64,000 nt of DNA, from contig DPDG01000114.1 in the NCBI GenBank assembly GCA_003526375.1, forward strand, positions 60,818-124,817, in the 5' to 3' direction. This DNA comes from Lentisphaeria bacterium (GTDB lineage Bacteria > Verrucomicrobiota > Lentisphaeria > Victivallales > UBA1829). The notes below the pieces were generated by a model that saw only the letters and a list, made by a program, of their open reading frames with translations, searched no databases and was not told the origin of the DNA. Positions 10,236-19,818 of the stretch are shown here, in pieces (the stretch's first letter is position 1; each line of letters begins with the position of its first letter). Both the position numbers and the translations under genes were made by a program.

Positions 10236-11606
10236 TTATTTGCTGATGAAATCCAGAATTTTCAGATTTCTGTTGAGATTCGGCGGATAACGCAACGGCA
10301 GGTCGATCAGATTCGATTTGATCATGACGGACTTGTAATGCGTGAAGGTGTCGAAGGTCTTTCTGCCGTGATATGCGCCGTATCCGCTGGCTCCGACGCC
10401 GCCGAAAGGAAGTTCCGGATTGATGAGGTGAGTGATCGTTTCATTGACCGCGACTCCGCCGGACGAGGTGCGGGTCAGAAGCTTTTCAAGTTCACGGAGT
10501 CCATCTGAGAAATAATAAAGGGCAAGGGGCTTCGGACGCTTGTTGACAAACGTGATTGCCTCATCCAGCGACTCCACTTCCAATACGGGAAGCAAAGGCC
10601 CGAAGATTTCCTCATTCATGACAGGTGCATCCGGACCGGCGGGAATCAGGATTGTCGGTTCGATATATTTCTCTTCCAGATCAATTCCGCCTCCGCAGAA
10701 AATTTCCGAACCGTTGATCAATCCGGCAATGCGTTCGCAATGATGCGCGTTGATGATACGCGGATAATCGGGGGAATTCTTCGGATTGTCGCCGTAAAAA
10801 GTCCGTATCCAGTGTCTCAAACGGTCAAGCAGCTTGTCCCTGGCGGTTTTGTGGACAAGAAGGTAGTCCGGTGCGACGCAGGTCTGTCCGGCATTGAGAA
10901 ATTTTCCCCAGACGATCCGCTTTGCGGCAAGGTCGATTTTCGCGTCCGCATCGACAATGCAGGGGCTTTTTCCTCCGAGTTCAAGGGTCAGCGGGGTAAA
11001 GTGTTCCGCCGCGGCGCGGGCGATGAATTTTGCCCCGGCAGAGCCGCCGGTATAGAAAATACAGTCGAATTCCTCTGCAAGCAGCTCCTGCGTCATTTCG
11101 TGTCCGCCGTTGCAGACAGAGGCATATTCTGGAGGAAACACCGCCGCAACGATCTTTGCCGCGATTTCCGCTGTTGCCGGAGCCTGTTCCGCAGGCTTGA
11201 GAATGACGCAGTTGCCTGCCGCAATGGCGCCGATGAATGGCGAGAACAGTAATTGGAAAGGATAGTTCCATGCGGAAAAGATCAGGACATTGCCGTAGGG
11301 TTCGGGATAAATTCTGCCTTTGGCGGGAAAATTCAGGGATGAGACCCCGGCTTTACGCGGACGGACATAGGAACCGAGTTTCCGGATCATCGTGGAAAGC
11401 TCGTCGAGTATGATGCCTGTTTCGGTGGTTCGCGCCTCGAATTCCGATTTATGAAGGTCCTCGTAAAGTGCGGCGCAGATTTCTTTTTCCCGTTTTCTTA
11501 CTTCCAGCAGAAGATTTTTCAGATATTGCTTCCTGACTGCCGGCGCAAGCGTGTTTCCTGCGGCAAAGCAGCATTTCTGTGCGGACAATATTTCCTTGAC
11601 TGTCAT
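10236..11606 (-). CDS. Aldehyde dehydrogenase (class 3-like, NAD(P)+)
   Basis: LELGGKSPCIV catalytic region, EEIFGPLLPV, and an N-terminus resembling ALDH3. Start set at ATG 11606 (MTVKEIL); the track ORF start at 11741 adds an implausible 45-aa leader. Confidence 0.9.
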   Translation of the reverse strand: MTVKEILSAQKCCFAAGNTLAPAVRKQYLKNLLLEVRKREKEICAALYEDLHKSEFEARTTETGIILDELSTMIRKLGSYVRPRKAGVSSLNFPAKGRIYPEPYGNVLIFSAWNYPFQLLFSPFIGAIAAGNCVILKPAEQAPATAEIAAKIVAAVFPPEYASVCNGGHEMTQELLAEEFDCIFYTGGSAGAKFIARAAAEHFTPLTLELGGKSPCIVDADAKIDLAAKRIVWGKFLNAGQTCVAPDYLLVHKTARDKLLDRLRHWIRTFYGDNPKNSPDYPRIINAHHCERIAGLINGSEIFCGGGIDLEEKYIEPTILIPAGPDAPVMNEEIFGPLLPVLEVESLDEAITFVNKRPKPLALYYFSDGLRELEKLLTRTSSGGVAVNETITHLINPELPFGGVGASGYGAYHGRKTFDTFTHYKSVMIKSNLIDLPLRYPPNLNRNLKILDFISK

Positions 11607-11797
11607 AATTCCACTTCCCGAATTGAGTTTTGTGCGGACTATACCCCGGAAATACAGATTTTGCAAGCGGAAGCCAAGAAAAAAAGAGCCGGGGATACGC
11701 CTATGGGGGGGGATGATATAAGACGCACCCCGGCAAAACAATTCTATTTATTAAGTTATACCCGTTTCAGAAAAAATCCAGCCCGGAATCAGAAAAT

Positions 11798-12496
11798 TTA
11801 ACGGTTTTTACAACTTCCCCCTGAAATCATCTGCAGAATCCCTTCTTCAAAGTAACCGGAGAGACGGTTTCCGAAATCCATATTCAGGAGCCGGACCCAG
11901 TCCTGCTCTCTTGATATTGTTATAACAGCGGATTTCTGAATAAGTTCCATGAAAAGTGAAAAATTCTGCGGATGAATTGATTTTTCTCCTTTGAAATAAT
12001 CCAGGTCGATGTCCAGAATACAGGGGCGTTCCGGCAGAGGCGCGCGTTTCAGGTTGTTTTCCAGAAATTCCGTCTCCAGAGCGCGGCTGTAATAATGCTC
12101 CAGAGTCTTCCTCTCTTCATCGGGAGGCGGATCGTGAATGATCGTGATCCGGGGATTGACATCCCGTGAGAAGTTCACGTGGGAGAAGATCGTCGCCGAG
12201 GAGATGATATCGTTCCGGATTGCAAAATCGAAGTGTTCGTCATGGCGCAGATCCTTCAATGCGGCTTCGATCTGGCGGGGATCCCGGCGGTCGATCCGCT
12301 TTTCATGCGGTGTTTCGTGGGTCTCGTCATAATGAGTGTACTCCGGCAGAGTGTCCGTGTGATGGTCGAGGGTGAGGACATGCGGCGCGATTCCCAGTTG
12401 TTCCCGTTCGGATGCCCAGGGCAGCAGGACGTGATGGTGTTCTTCTACGATATAGACCTTTTTCTTATTAATGATTTTTTTTATGATTTGCGTCAT
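11798..12496 (-). CDS. Hypothetical protein (UPF0489-like?)
   Basis: Clean 232-aa ORF. KKVYIVEEHHHVLLPWA ... LTLDHHTD resembles the UPF0489 N-terminus. This family call is tentative. Confidence 0.5.
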   Translation of the reverse strand: MTQIIKKIINKKKVYIVEEHHHVLLPWASEREQLGIAPHVLTLDHHTDTLPEYTHYDETHETPHEKRIDRRDPRQIEAALKDLRHDEHFDFAIRNDIISSATIFSHVNFSRDVNPRITIIHDPPPDEERKTLEHYYSRALETEFLENNLKRAPLPERPCILDIDLDYFKGEKSIHPQNFSLFMELIQKSAVITISREQDWVRLLNMDFGNRLSGYFEEGILQMISGGSCKNR

Positions 12497-12814
12497 AATG
12501 CACTTCCTCCGCCTGAATCAGTGGAACATTCGTTCCTTGTTTTTGCATGAAATTACACTGCGTTTTCCCGATATTTCCGTTTTTTAACCGTTTTTCAGCT
12601 TGAAGATTCCATTCTTTGATGTAACTTTAAAGATAATATAATATTCTTTGAACACAGAGTCAACGGGGGTGAAGAATATGTGGAGACATCTTTCTGACTG
12701 CGGGCATGGGGCAAGCCGCCGGGATGTCGGCAGGCGTGAGGGCAGCCTTCCGTTTTTTTACTTCCAGAGTTTCAATTTGCAAACTGAAAAATTTCAATCA
12801 ATAAAGGAGACAAC

Positions 12815-13615
12815 ATGAAAACTCTACTCAGAAACAGTGTCGTTGCAGCGCTGGCTCTTTCCGTATGCGGACTCTTTGCCGCAGATGGGAAAGCCGCTCC
12901 CGCACAGCCGCAGGTCAAAACAGCAGAAAAAGCGCAGAAGGGGACAAGCTGGACTCCGTTCCAGCTCGTGTTCCTGCCCGGCATTCCGGACAGTTCCATG
13001 ACTTCAACCGTTTACGGTCTGAAGCTCGGCATTCCCGCCACCGGAGGCAGGGGGCTGGTGAAAGGCGTTGAAGCTTCTTTCTTCTACAGTGGCACAAAGG
13101 ATGTGGAAGGCTGCCAGGCTTCCTGGTTCGGACCTGCGATCGCGCAGGGGGATGTCTACGGAATTCAGGCGACCATGGCGATGGCTCTGGTTTACCGCCT
13201 GACCGGATTCCAGGCTGCCGGGCTTGCCTTCACGACACAGCCGTCCAAAGGCTGCCAGGCGGGTATTTCCGCTGTTGCCGAGGATGATTTCAAAGGCTTT
13301 CAGACCGGTGCGGTTACAGTGACGGATGGTGAACTCGACGGCTTTCAGTTCGGCGCGGTCAATATCGTGACAAAGATTTTCAAGGGTTTCCAGTGTGGCG
13401 CGGTCAACATTGTGACGGGTGTCTTCAAAGGCTTCCAGTGCGGTGTGGTTAATTACAGTTCCGATGAAGGCATTCAGCTCGGCGGCATCAACATCATTGC
13501 CGACAGCTGGATTCCGGTAATGCCGATTTTCAATATCTGCCTCAGCTCCAAAGATAAAAAGGCTGAGACAGTCAAGGATGCGAACTGTCCGAAAGCAAAT
13601 GTCTCTGCAAAATAA
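12815..13615 (+). CDS. Exported repeat protein with GxQxGxxN 15-residue repeats
   Basis: Signal peptide MKTLLRNSVVAALALSVCGLFA. Repeats GFQTGAVTV / GFQFGAVNIVTKIFK / GFQCGAVNIVTGVFK / GFQCGVVNY / GIQLGGINII. SD AAGGAGA lies upstream. Confidence 0.7.
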   Translation: MKTLLRNSVVAALALSVCGLFAADGKAAPAQPQVKTAEKAQKGTSWTPFQLVFLPGIPDSSMTSTVYGLKLGIPATGGRGLVKGVEASFFYSGTKDVEGCQASWFGPAIAQGDVYGIQATMAMALVYRLTGFQAAGLAFTTQPSKGCQAGISAVAEDDFKGFQTGAVTVTDGELDGFQFGAVNIVTKIFKGFQCGAVNIVTGVFKGFQCGVVNYSSDEGIQLGGINIIADSWIPVMPIFNICLSSKDKKAETVKDANCPKANVSAK

Positions 13616-13627
13616 GGAGAATTGATC

Positions 13628-14083
13628 ATGAAACTTTTCATTACAGCAATTTTTGCATGTCTGCTGGCTCTGCCTGCGTTTGCGCAGAATGCGGATACCG
13701 CGGAGGAACAGCCGTGGGATTTCATTTCATTCACATTTGTTCCGGGAGTTCCCCAGACTGCCGATGTGTTCAATGTCTACGGCGTCAAGATCGGTGTTCC
13801 GATCGGTTTCGGAAGCGGTACCTACGTTGCCGGGGTGGAGGGTTCCATCTTCGCGAGCATGAGCGATGAAGTCTACGGAGTACAGGCGGCTCCTTTGTTC
13901 AATTCCGCCAAAAAGATCGAAGGGCTCCAGGCAAGCACGCTGGTCAATTATGCGGATTCCGCCAAAGGGCTCCAGTTCGGACTGGTGAACATCGCAAAGG
14001 ACAAGTCGTTCCAGATCGGGCTTTTGAATTTCATCAAGGATTCATCGGTTCCTTTCTTCCCGTTTGTGAACTTCCGCTTCTGA
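13628..14083 (+). CDS. Exported repeat protein, shorter paralog of the upstream gene
   Basis: Signal peptide MKLFITAIFACLLALPAFA. Repeats GVQAAPLFN / GLQASTLVN / GLQFGLVNI / FQIGLLNFI. C-terminal VPFFPFVNF matches IPVMPIFNI of the neighbour. Confidence 0.7.
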   Translation: MKLFITAIFACLLALPAFAQNADTAEEQPWDFISFTFVPGVPQTADVFNVYGVKIGVPIGFGSGTYVAGVEGSIFASMSDEVYGVQAAPLFNSAKKIEGLQASTLVNYADSAKGLQFGLVNIAKDKSFQIGLLNFIKDSSVPFFPFVNFRF

Positions 14084-14104
14084 TGAACTGATTTTTCATT
14101 GGAT

Positions 14105-14140
14105 GGGAAACATCCGTTCCGCGGATGTTTCCCTTTTTTA
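14105..14140 (+). terminator. Rho-independent terminator
   Basis: Perfect 12-bp stem GGGAAACATCCG / CGGATGTTTCCC with a 5-nt loop, followed by TTTTTT. Confidence 0.85.
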
Positions 14141-14160
14141 TTCTTCTTACGGTCCTTTTT

Positions 14161-15288
14161 ATGAAACTTCTGATGATACTGACGGAACTGGCTCCGGGGG
14201 GAGCGGAGAAAGTCGTGCTGGAGCTGACGCGCCAACTGCGCTGCCGTGCCCACGATGTGACGGTAGTCTCCCTGATGCCGGAGCCGCCGGAGGAACGTCG
14301 CGCCATACCTGAAGGGCTGTCCGCCTGCGGTGCAAAAGTGATTTACCTGAATGTGGTGAAAAAGGCTCCGTGGCGGTTGTTGTCTCTTTTCCGGGTGATT
14401 CGCGAGGAAAAACCGGATGTGATCCATTCCCATCTGATTCATCCGAATCTTCTGAGCCGTTTTGTCAATCTGTGGACACGGAAACCGCTGGTGAATACGG
14501 TTCATATTGCCGAGCGCCGTCCCGGAAAAGGGCTTTTCTTCCGACTCGACGGACTCACGTTTTCATGGTGCGGCGCCTGCACCGCTGTCTCGAAAGCGGC
14601 TGCGCGTTTTCATGAAAAGCGATGCGGGCTGAAAGAGAATTCAATCCGTGTGATTTATAATGGTTCCGACCGCGTTGCGCCGGCTTCGGCTGAGCAGCTC
14701 CGGCAACTGAAAAAAGAGTGGGGGCTTGAGCCCTGCCGGAAGATCATCGGTTCGGTCGGGCGTCTTGACTGGCAGAAAGGATACGATCTGCTGTTCGGAG
14801 TTCTGCCGGAACTGTCGCGGAGAATTCCCCGGAATGAATCTGTCGGAATTGTCGTCATTGGTGACGGCCCGGAACGGGAAAAACTGGCGGCGCAGGTGCG
14901 CGGCATGGAGGAACAGTGCCCGAACCTGAAAATCTGTCTGCCCGGTTACAGGAAAGACGCAGCTTCCCTGATTGCGATGTTCGATCTTTTTGTAATGCCA
15001 TCCCGTTACGAGGGATACGGGCTTGCTCTGGTCGAAGCGATATCGTCGGGCGTGCCGGTCTTCTGCAATCCGGTTGATTCCCTGCCGGAGCTTTGCGCCT
15101 TGATCCCCGGACATGCTTTTCCGGGAGATTTCGAGCATGATTCCGCCTCTTTACTTGCGGAACGGATCATGGAAGCGCTTTCCGCTCCCCGTTATGAGGG
15201 CAGGGAGATCATGACGAATGAACAGATGTACAGGGAATACCTTGCCTTATATGAATCCTTGTTGAATACAAAAAAACTGCATCCGTGA
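14161..15288 (+). CDS. Glycosyltransferase family 4 (GT-B)
   Basis: MKLLMILTELAPGGAEKVVLEL N-terminus and C-terminal EGYGLALVEAISSGVPV motif. Start moved to ATG 14161 because the track start lies inside the upstream terminator. Confidence 0.85.
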   Translation: MKLLMILTELAPGGAEKVVLELTRQLRCRAHDVTVVSLMPEPPEERRAIPEGLSACGAKVIYLNVVKKAPWRLLSLFRVIREEKPDVIHSHLIHPNLLSRFVNLWTRKPLVNTVHIAERRPGKGLFFRLDGLTFSWCGACTAVSKAAARFHEKRCGLKENSIRVIYNGSDRVAPASAEQLRQLKKEWGLEPCRKIIGSVGRLDWQKGYDLLFGVLPELSRRIPRNESVGIVVIGDGPEREKLAAQVRGMEEQCPNLKICLPGYRKDAASLIAMFDLFVMPSRYEGYGLALVEAISSGVPVFCNPVDSLPELCALIPGHAFPGDFEHDSASLLAERIMEALSAPRYEGREIMTNEQMYREYLALYESLLNTKKLHP

Positions 15289-15335
15289 CATCTGGAAATG
15301 CCGGCGGAGCAGTTTTTTCCGTTTGCTTTCGCAGT

Positions 15336-17129
15336 TTACATTGCTTCGGGAACGCGGATTGTAAGCGTTGCCAGACCATCCGTCAGGATATCGCGTGCCG
15401 CATAGCAGAGCGCAAGACGCGCATTGATGACGGCGTCATTGTCTGCATTCAGCACCTGTTTTTCCCGGTAGAAGCGGTTGAATGCCTTTGCCAGGTCGAG
15501 GAGATAATTGACGACGGCGGAGCAGTCCATTTTTTCCGCCGCAAGTTTCAGGACTTCCGGATAGCGCGCCATGCAGACCGCGAGCGAACGTTCCTCCGCC
15601 GAATCCAGCAGTGACCAGTCGGGCTTTGCGTCGAATGCGAATCCACGGTCGGCGGCTTTGCGCGAAATTGAATTGATGCGGGCGCAGGCATACTGGACAT
15701 ACGGTCCCGTGTCGCCCTCGAATTTGAGAGACGCCTGCGGATCGAACATCATGGTTGTTTTCGGATTGAACTTGAGGAGCATGAACTTGAGCGCGCCCAT
15801 GCCGATGATCTCGGAACGTTCCTCAAGGTCTGCCGGAATCTCCTCGCCGACACGTTCCAGAGTCGCCTTTTTCGCGAGCTCGTGCATTTCGTCGAACAGA
15901 TCGTCCGCATCCACTACGGTTCCTTCCCGGCTCTTCATCTTGCCGGTCGGCAGATTGACCATGCCATATGCCATGTGATACAGGTTGTCCGCCCATTTGT
16001 TCCCCATTTTCTTCAGGATTGAAAACAGCATCTGGAAATGGAGAATCTGTTCGTCACCGACGACCCACATCAGGGAATCCGGATGGAAATCGTTGTATTT
16101 GAGCATTGTCGTGCCGATATCCTGCGTAATGTAGACGCTGGTGCCGTCTTTGCGGAGCAGGACTTTTGTGCCGAGCTTGCCGAGATCGGCAATCACTGCG
16201 CCGTCTTCCCGCCGTGTGAAGATTCCCTGTTCCAGCCCCTTCTTTACGGAATCCTTGCCGAGCAGGTAGGTTTCGCTTTCCAGATAGGTTTTCTTGAACT
16301 CAACGCCCATGCGTCTGTAGGTTTCGTTGAATCCGGCGATGACCCATGAATTCATCAGTTTCCAGAGCGCGACGGTGTCTTTGTCTCCGGCTTCCCATTT
16401 GCGCAGCATTTCCTGTGCGGCGCGCCCGATCTCTACTTCAAGAAAGAGTTCATCGTCGGATTTGCCCGCGAGCTCCGGCTTTGCCGCGCGGAGTTCTTTG
16501 ATCTGCTCCTTGAGCGCGATATTGTATTTGACATAATAATTGCCGACGAAATGATCGCCTTTGATTCCCGATTTTTCCGGCGTGTCGCCGTTGCCGAACC
16601 GCTGGTAGGCAAGCATGGATTTGCAGATGTGGATTCCGCGGTCGTTGATCAGGTTGACCGGAATCACATCGTGTCCGACACGTGCCAGCAGTTTGCAGAC
16701 GGACATCCCGAGAGTATTGTTGCGGACGTGTCCGAGATGCTGGGGCTTGTTCGTATTCGGGGCGGAATATTCCACCACGATGCGGCGCCGTGCAGTTTCC
16801 GGCAGGGCTGCCTCTGCAAGAATATGCTCCACGGAAGCGGCGGTGTCACGGAAAAGCGCTTCCGCATTCAGCGTCACATTGACGAATGCTTTGACCTTGG
16901 CTGCGTCTTTGACATCAGGATCGTTTTTCAGCAGTTCTACGATTTTTTCAGCAACTGCATCGGGGCTGGTTTTGAAGATTCGCGCAAAGCGGAAACAGTT
17001 TACGGTAATATCGCCCTCCATTCCTTCGGGGCACTGTTCCGGGGTGATTGCCCAGCCGTCCGGAATTTGAGCGGACGGAAAAGCTTCGGCAAGTTTGGGA
17101 CGCAATGCGTCAATGGCTTTGATCTGCAT
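15336..17129 (-). CDS. argS: Arginine--tRNA ligase
   Basis: 597 aa. HIGH-type motif PNTNKPQHLGHVRN. C-terminal anticodon-binding region ending ...VPEAM. Confidence 0.95.
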   Translation of the reverse strand: MQIKAIDALRPKLAEAFPSAQIPDGWAITPEQCPEGMEGDITVNCFRFARIFKTSPDAVAEKIVELLKNDPDVKDAAKVKAFVNVTLNAEALFRDTAASVEHILAEAALPETARRRIVVEYSAPNTNKPQHLGHVRNNTLGMSVCKLLARVGHDVIPVNLINDRGIHICKSMLAYQRFGNGDTPEKSGIKGDHFVGNYYVKYNIALKEQIKELRAAKPELAGKSDDELFLEVEIGRAAQEMLRKWEAGDKDTVALWKLMNSWVIAGFNETYRRMGVEFKKTYLESETYLLGKDSVKKGLEQGIFTRREDGAVIADLGKLGTKVLLRKDGTSVYITQDIGTTMLKYNDFHPDSLMWVVGDEQILHFQMLFSILKKMGNKWADNLYHMAYGMVNLPTGKMKSREGTVVDADDLFDEMHELAKKATLERVGEEIPADLEERSEIIGMGALKFMLLKFNPKTTMMFDPQASLKFEGDTGPYVQYACARINSISRKAADRGFAFDAKPDWSLLDSAEERSLAVCMARYPEVLKLAAEKMDCSAVVNYLLDLAKAFNRFYREKQVLNADNDAVINARLALCYAARDILTDGLATLTIRVPEAM

Positions 17130-17153
17130 ATTTGAAAAATCCTTGTGATAAAC

Positions 17154-18161
17154 TCAGAGAGTAGTTCTGACAACGGTGCTGGTGCTCCCGCGTTCAACGA
17201 TGATATTGTAGCTGCCGAAAGATGCCGGAAGCAGGCAGGTGGACCCGACCGGAACCTCGGTGATTCTGTCGTCGCGCCCGACCTTGATCGGATGGTTGAT
17301 CGCGGTCAGAAGGTGGAAGCTCGCGGTGGAATCGGTGGAGTCATACCAGTCTTCGACGAGTTTTAGGTCATCGACGCGGAAGAACGGGCAGCGGTTGATC
17401 AGCGGATACTTGCGGTTGTGGTCGGTGGTATCGCTTGCCCCGGTAATGCGCGGAACGGTGCGATCCATGAAGTCAATGCTTTCCATTGCCTGCTCGATAT
17501 GAAGCTGGCGCGGTTTGCCGTTGCTGTCGGTTCTGCCCCAGTCGCTGATGCGGTAGGTGGTATCGCTGTTCTGCTGGATTTCAAGCAGAAGATTGCCTGA
17601 ACCGATCGCGTGGACTCGTCCGGCATTGATGAAATACGCATCGCCCGGATAGGAATCGAAGACCTGTAAAAGCTTTTCAATGTCTGCGGAGTTCAGATTT
17701 TCCACAAACTGCCTGCGCGTGGATTTCCCGCTGAGCCCGGCAATGATCTTTGCACCGCGTTCCGCAGCGATGACATACCACATTTCCGTTTTGGGTTCCG
17801 CTCCTCCGCCGATCTTCGCACAGGCTTCTTCATTCGGATGAACCTGAAGGGAAAGGCGCTTTCCCGCATCAATCAGTTTCACGAGCAGGGGGAAAAGCCC
17901 TCCGTTGAATCTGTGCCCGACAAATTCTTTCCCATAACTGGAGACCAGCTCATGCAGGGACGTTCCGGCAAGCGGCCCGTTTGCCACAAGAGAGGAAAAT
18001 CCCTCGCGGTCGCAGATTTCCCATGCCTCTCCAATCGCGGGCCCGTCTTCGGGGATCGGACGGTTCAGTTTTGACGCAAGCTGGGTGCCGCCCCACATCA
18101 CTTCCTTGTAAAGAGGTTCAAAGAGAAGCGGATACAGTTCATCTTTATCAAAATTGATCAT
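17154..18161 (-). CDS. manA: Mannose-6-phosphate isomerase, class I (bacterial type)
   Basis: YPLLFEPLYKEVMWGG N-terminus, LSLQVHPN metal-site motif, cupin core. Confidence 0.8.
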   Translation of the reverse strand: MINFDKDELYPLLFEPLYKEVMWGGTQLASKLNRPIPEDGPAIGEAWEICDREGFSSLVANGPLAGTSLHELVSSYGKEFVGHRFNGGLFPLLVKLIDAGKRLSLQVHPNEEACAKIGGGAEPKTEMWYVIAAERGAKIIAGLSGKSTRRQFVENLNSADIEKLLQVFDSYPGDAYFINAGRVHAIGSGNLLLEIQQNSDTTYRISDWGRTDSNGKPRQLHIEQAMESIDFMDRTVPRITGASDTTDHNRKYPLINRCPFFRVDDLKLVEDWYDSTDSTASFHLLTAINHPIKVGRDDRITEVPVGSTCLLPASFGSYNIIVERGSTSTVVRTTL

Positions 18162-18335
18162 AGCATTTCGCCTTTACGGTTCGGGTTGCATTTCTTATCA
18201 GGGTTAATATAACCCAAAATCCTTAAAATACAGTACGGATGATGAAAAATGTGTCAGATTTTGCAAAGAATGCTTTCATTCAGACGCATGATGCAGTATC
18301 TTACTGAAACTTTTCATTTCCGGGAGGATGATAAA

Positions 18336-19778
18336 ATGAAAAAATGCAGAATCGTTGCAACGGTCGGGCCTGCGTGCGAGTCTCCGGCAATGCTGGAAAA
18401 AATAATCCGCGCCGGCGTGGATGTATGCCGCCTCAATTCTTCGTTCGGGACCAATGAGGACCGGCTTGCCAAAATCCGCAACATCCGCAATATTTCCGCG
18501 GTTCTCCGGAAACCTGTCGCAATCCTTCAGGATCTTCAGGGCCCCAAGATTCGTGTCGGCAAACTGAAAGAACCGGTCAAAGTCAAAAAAGGCGAAACAC
18601 TGATTCTGACCGGAGGAACGGAGCACACCGAACGGCTCCGGCTTCCGACTACTTACACATGCATTGCCAAAGACTGCGAGGCAGGCAAGATCATTCTGGT
18701 TGCGGACGGGCGTATTATTCTCAAGGTGGAGAAGACGGACCGCAGGCATGACGCCGTTTACTGCAAGGTCATCAACGGCGGCGAGATTCTCAGCGGCAAG
18801 GGAATCAATCTGCCTTACACGAAAATTTCGCTTCCGGCGCTTACGGAAAAGGATGAGGCGGACGCTGTTTTCGGCGCGGAGGCGGGGGTGGATTACATCG
18901 GCATGTCGTTCGTCAGGACTCCCGCCGATGTTTGCCGTCTGAAGAATCTGTTCCGGAAGATCGGCAAAAGCGTTCCGGTGATCGCCAAAATCGAGAAACC
19001 GGAGGCGGTGGAAAACATCGGCGCGATTCTTGAGGTGGTGGACGGCGTGATGGTGGCGCGCGGCGATCTTGCGGTAGAGCTTTCTTATGCAAAGGTGCCG
19101 ACCGCGCAGAAAATGATTATCCATGAGGCGAACCGGCGCGGGAAAATCACGATTACCGCCACGGAAATGCTGAGTTCCATGATTGAGAACCCGCTTCCGA
19201 CCCGTGCGGATGTCAGCGATGTCGCCAATGCGGTGTGGGACGGCACCGATGCGGTGATGCTGTCGAATGAATCGGCAATGGGGAAATATCCTGTGGAAGC
19301 GGTCAGGGCGATGAAGGAAATCATCATTGAAACCGAAGCGGCAAAAGGGGTGTTCCGGCATGATAAAATGCTGCTGGAGTCGATGGATTTGCCGGAAGTG
19401 ACCCGGGGCGAAAATGCGCTCTGCAAAGCGGTTTCGAGCCTGTCGCACGATATGAATGAGCGCGGGATTGCCGTTCTTTCCAAAACCGGAGAGACAGCAA
19501 AGATGCTCTCGAAATACCGTCCGGGGAGCCCGATTTTCGCACTGTCGAATTCGATCCCGCTCTGTTCCAGGATGGCGATGTTCCACAACGTCGTTCCGGT
19601 TTTCATTCCCTATGAGGATCAGGACGAATTGAGCGAACATGACGTTGCCAGAATCCTGCGTGACATGAAACATGTGAAAAACGGCGACACCCTGATCTGC
19701 GTCAGCGGCCGCCGCAGCAGCCGGGACAGCAGTCAGTGGGCGGCTCACGGAATCAGCACGTTGGTCGTCGGACAGTAA
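18336..19778 (+). CDS. pyk: Pyruvate kinase
   Basis: KIVATVGPA-type N-terminus (MKKCRIVATVGPACESP), MVARGDLAVE, TATEMLSSM. Start at ATG 18336 after GGGAGGA. Confidence 0.95.
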   Translation: MKKCRIVATVGPACESPAMLEKIIRAGVDVCRLNSSFGTNEDRLAKIRNIRNISAVLRKPVAILQDLQGPKIRVGKLKEPVKVKKGETLILTGGTEHTERLRLPTTYTCIAKDCEAGKIILVADGRIILKVEKTDRRHDAVYCKVINGGEILSGKGINLPYTKISLPALTEKDEADAVFGAEAGVDYIGMSFVRTPADVCRLKNLFRKIGKSVPVIAKIEKPEAVENIGAILEVVDGVMVARGDLAVELSYAKVPTAQKMIIHEANRRGKITITATEMLSSMIENPLPTRADVSDVANAVWDGTDAVMLSNESAMGKYPVEAVRAMKEIIIETEAAKGVFRHDKMLLESMDLPEVTRGENALCKAVSSLSHDMNERGIAVLSKTGETAKMLSKYRPGSPIFALSNSIPLCSRMAMFHNVVPVFIPYEDQDELSEHDVARILRDMKHVKNGDTLICVSGRRSSRDSSQWAAHGISTLVVGQ

Positions 19779-19818
19779 AAAGTTGCAGATTTGAATATCC
19801 AAGAAGGACACAGGAAGT

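Noticed and set aside
12497-12814. 318-bp leader upstream of the repeat-protein gene with a GC-rich hairpin (about 12716-12745) and a T-run. I considered a riboswitch or attenuator.
   Set aside because: No match to any riboswitch consensus I can recall. The T-run is about 20 nt from the hairpin, so it is not a clean terminator. Evidence is insufficient.
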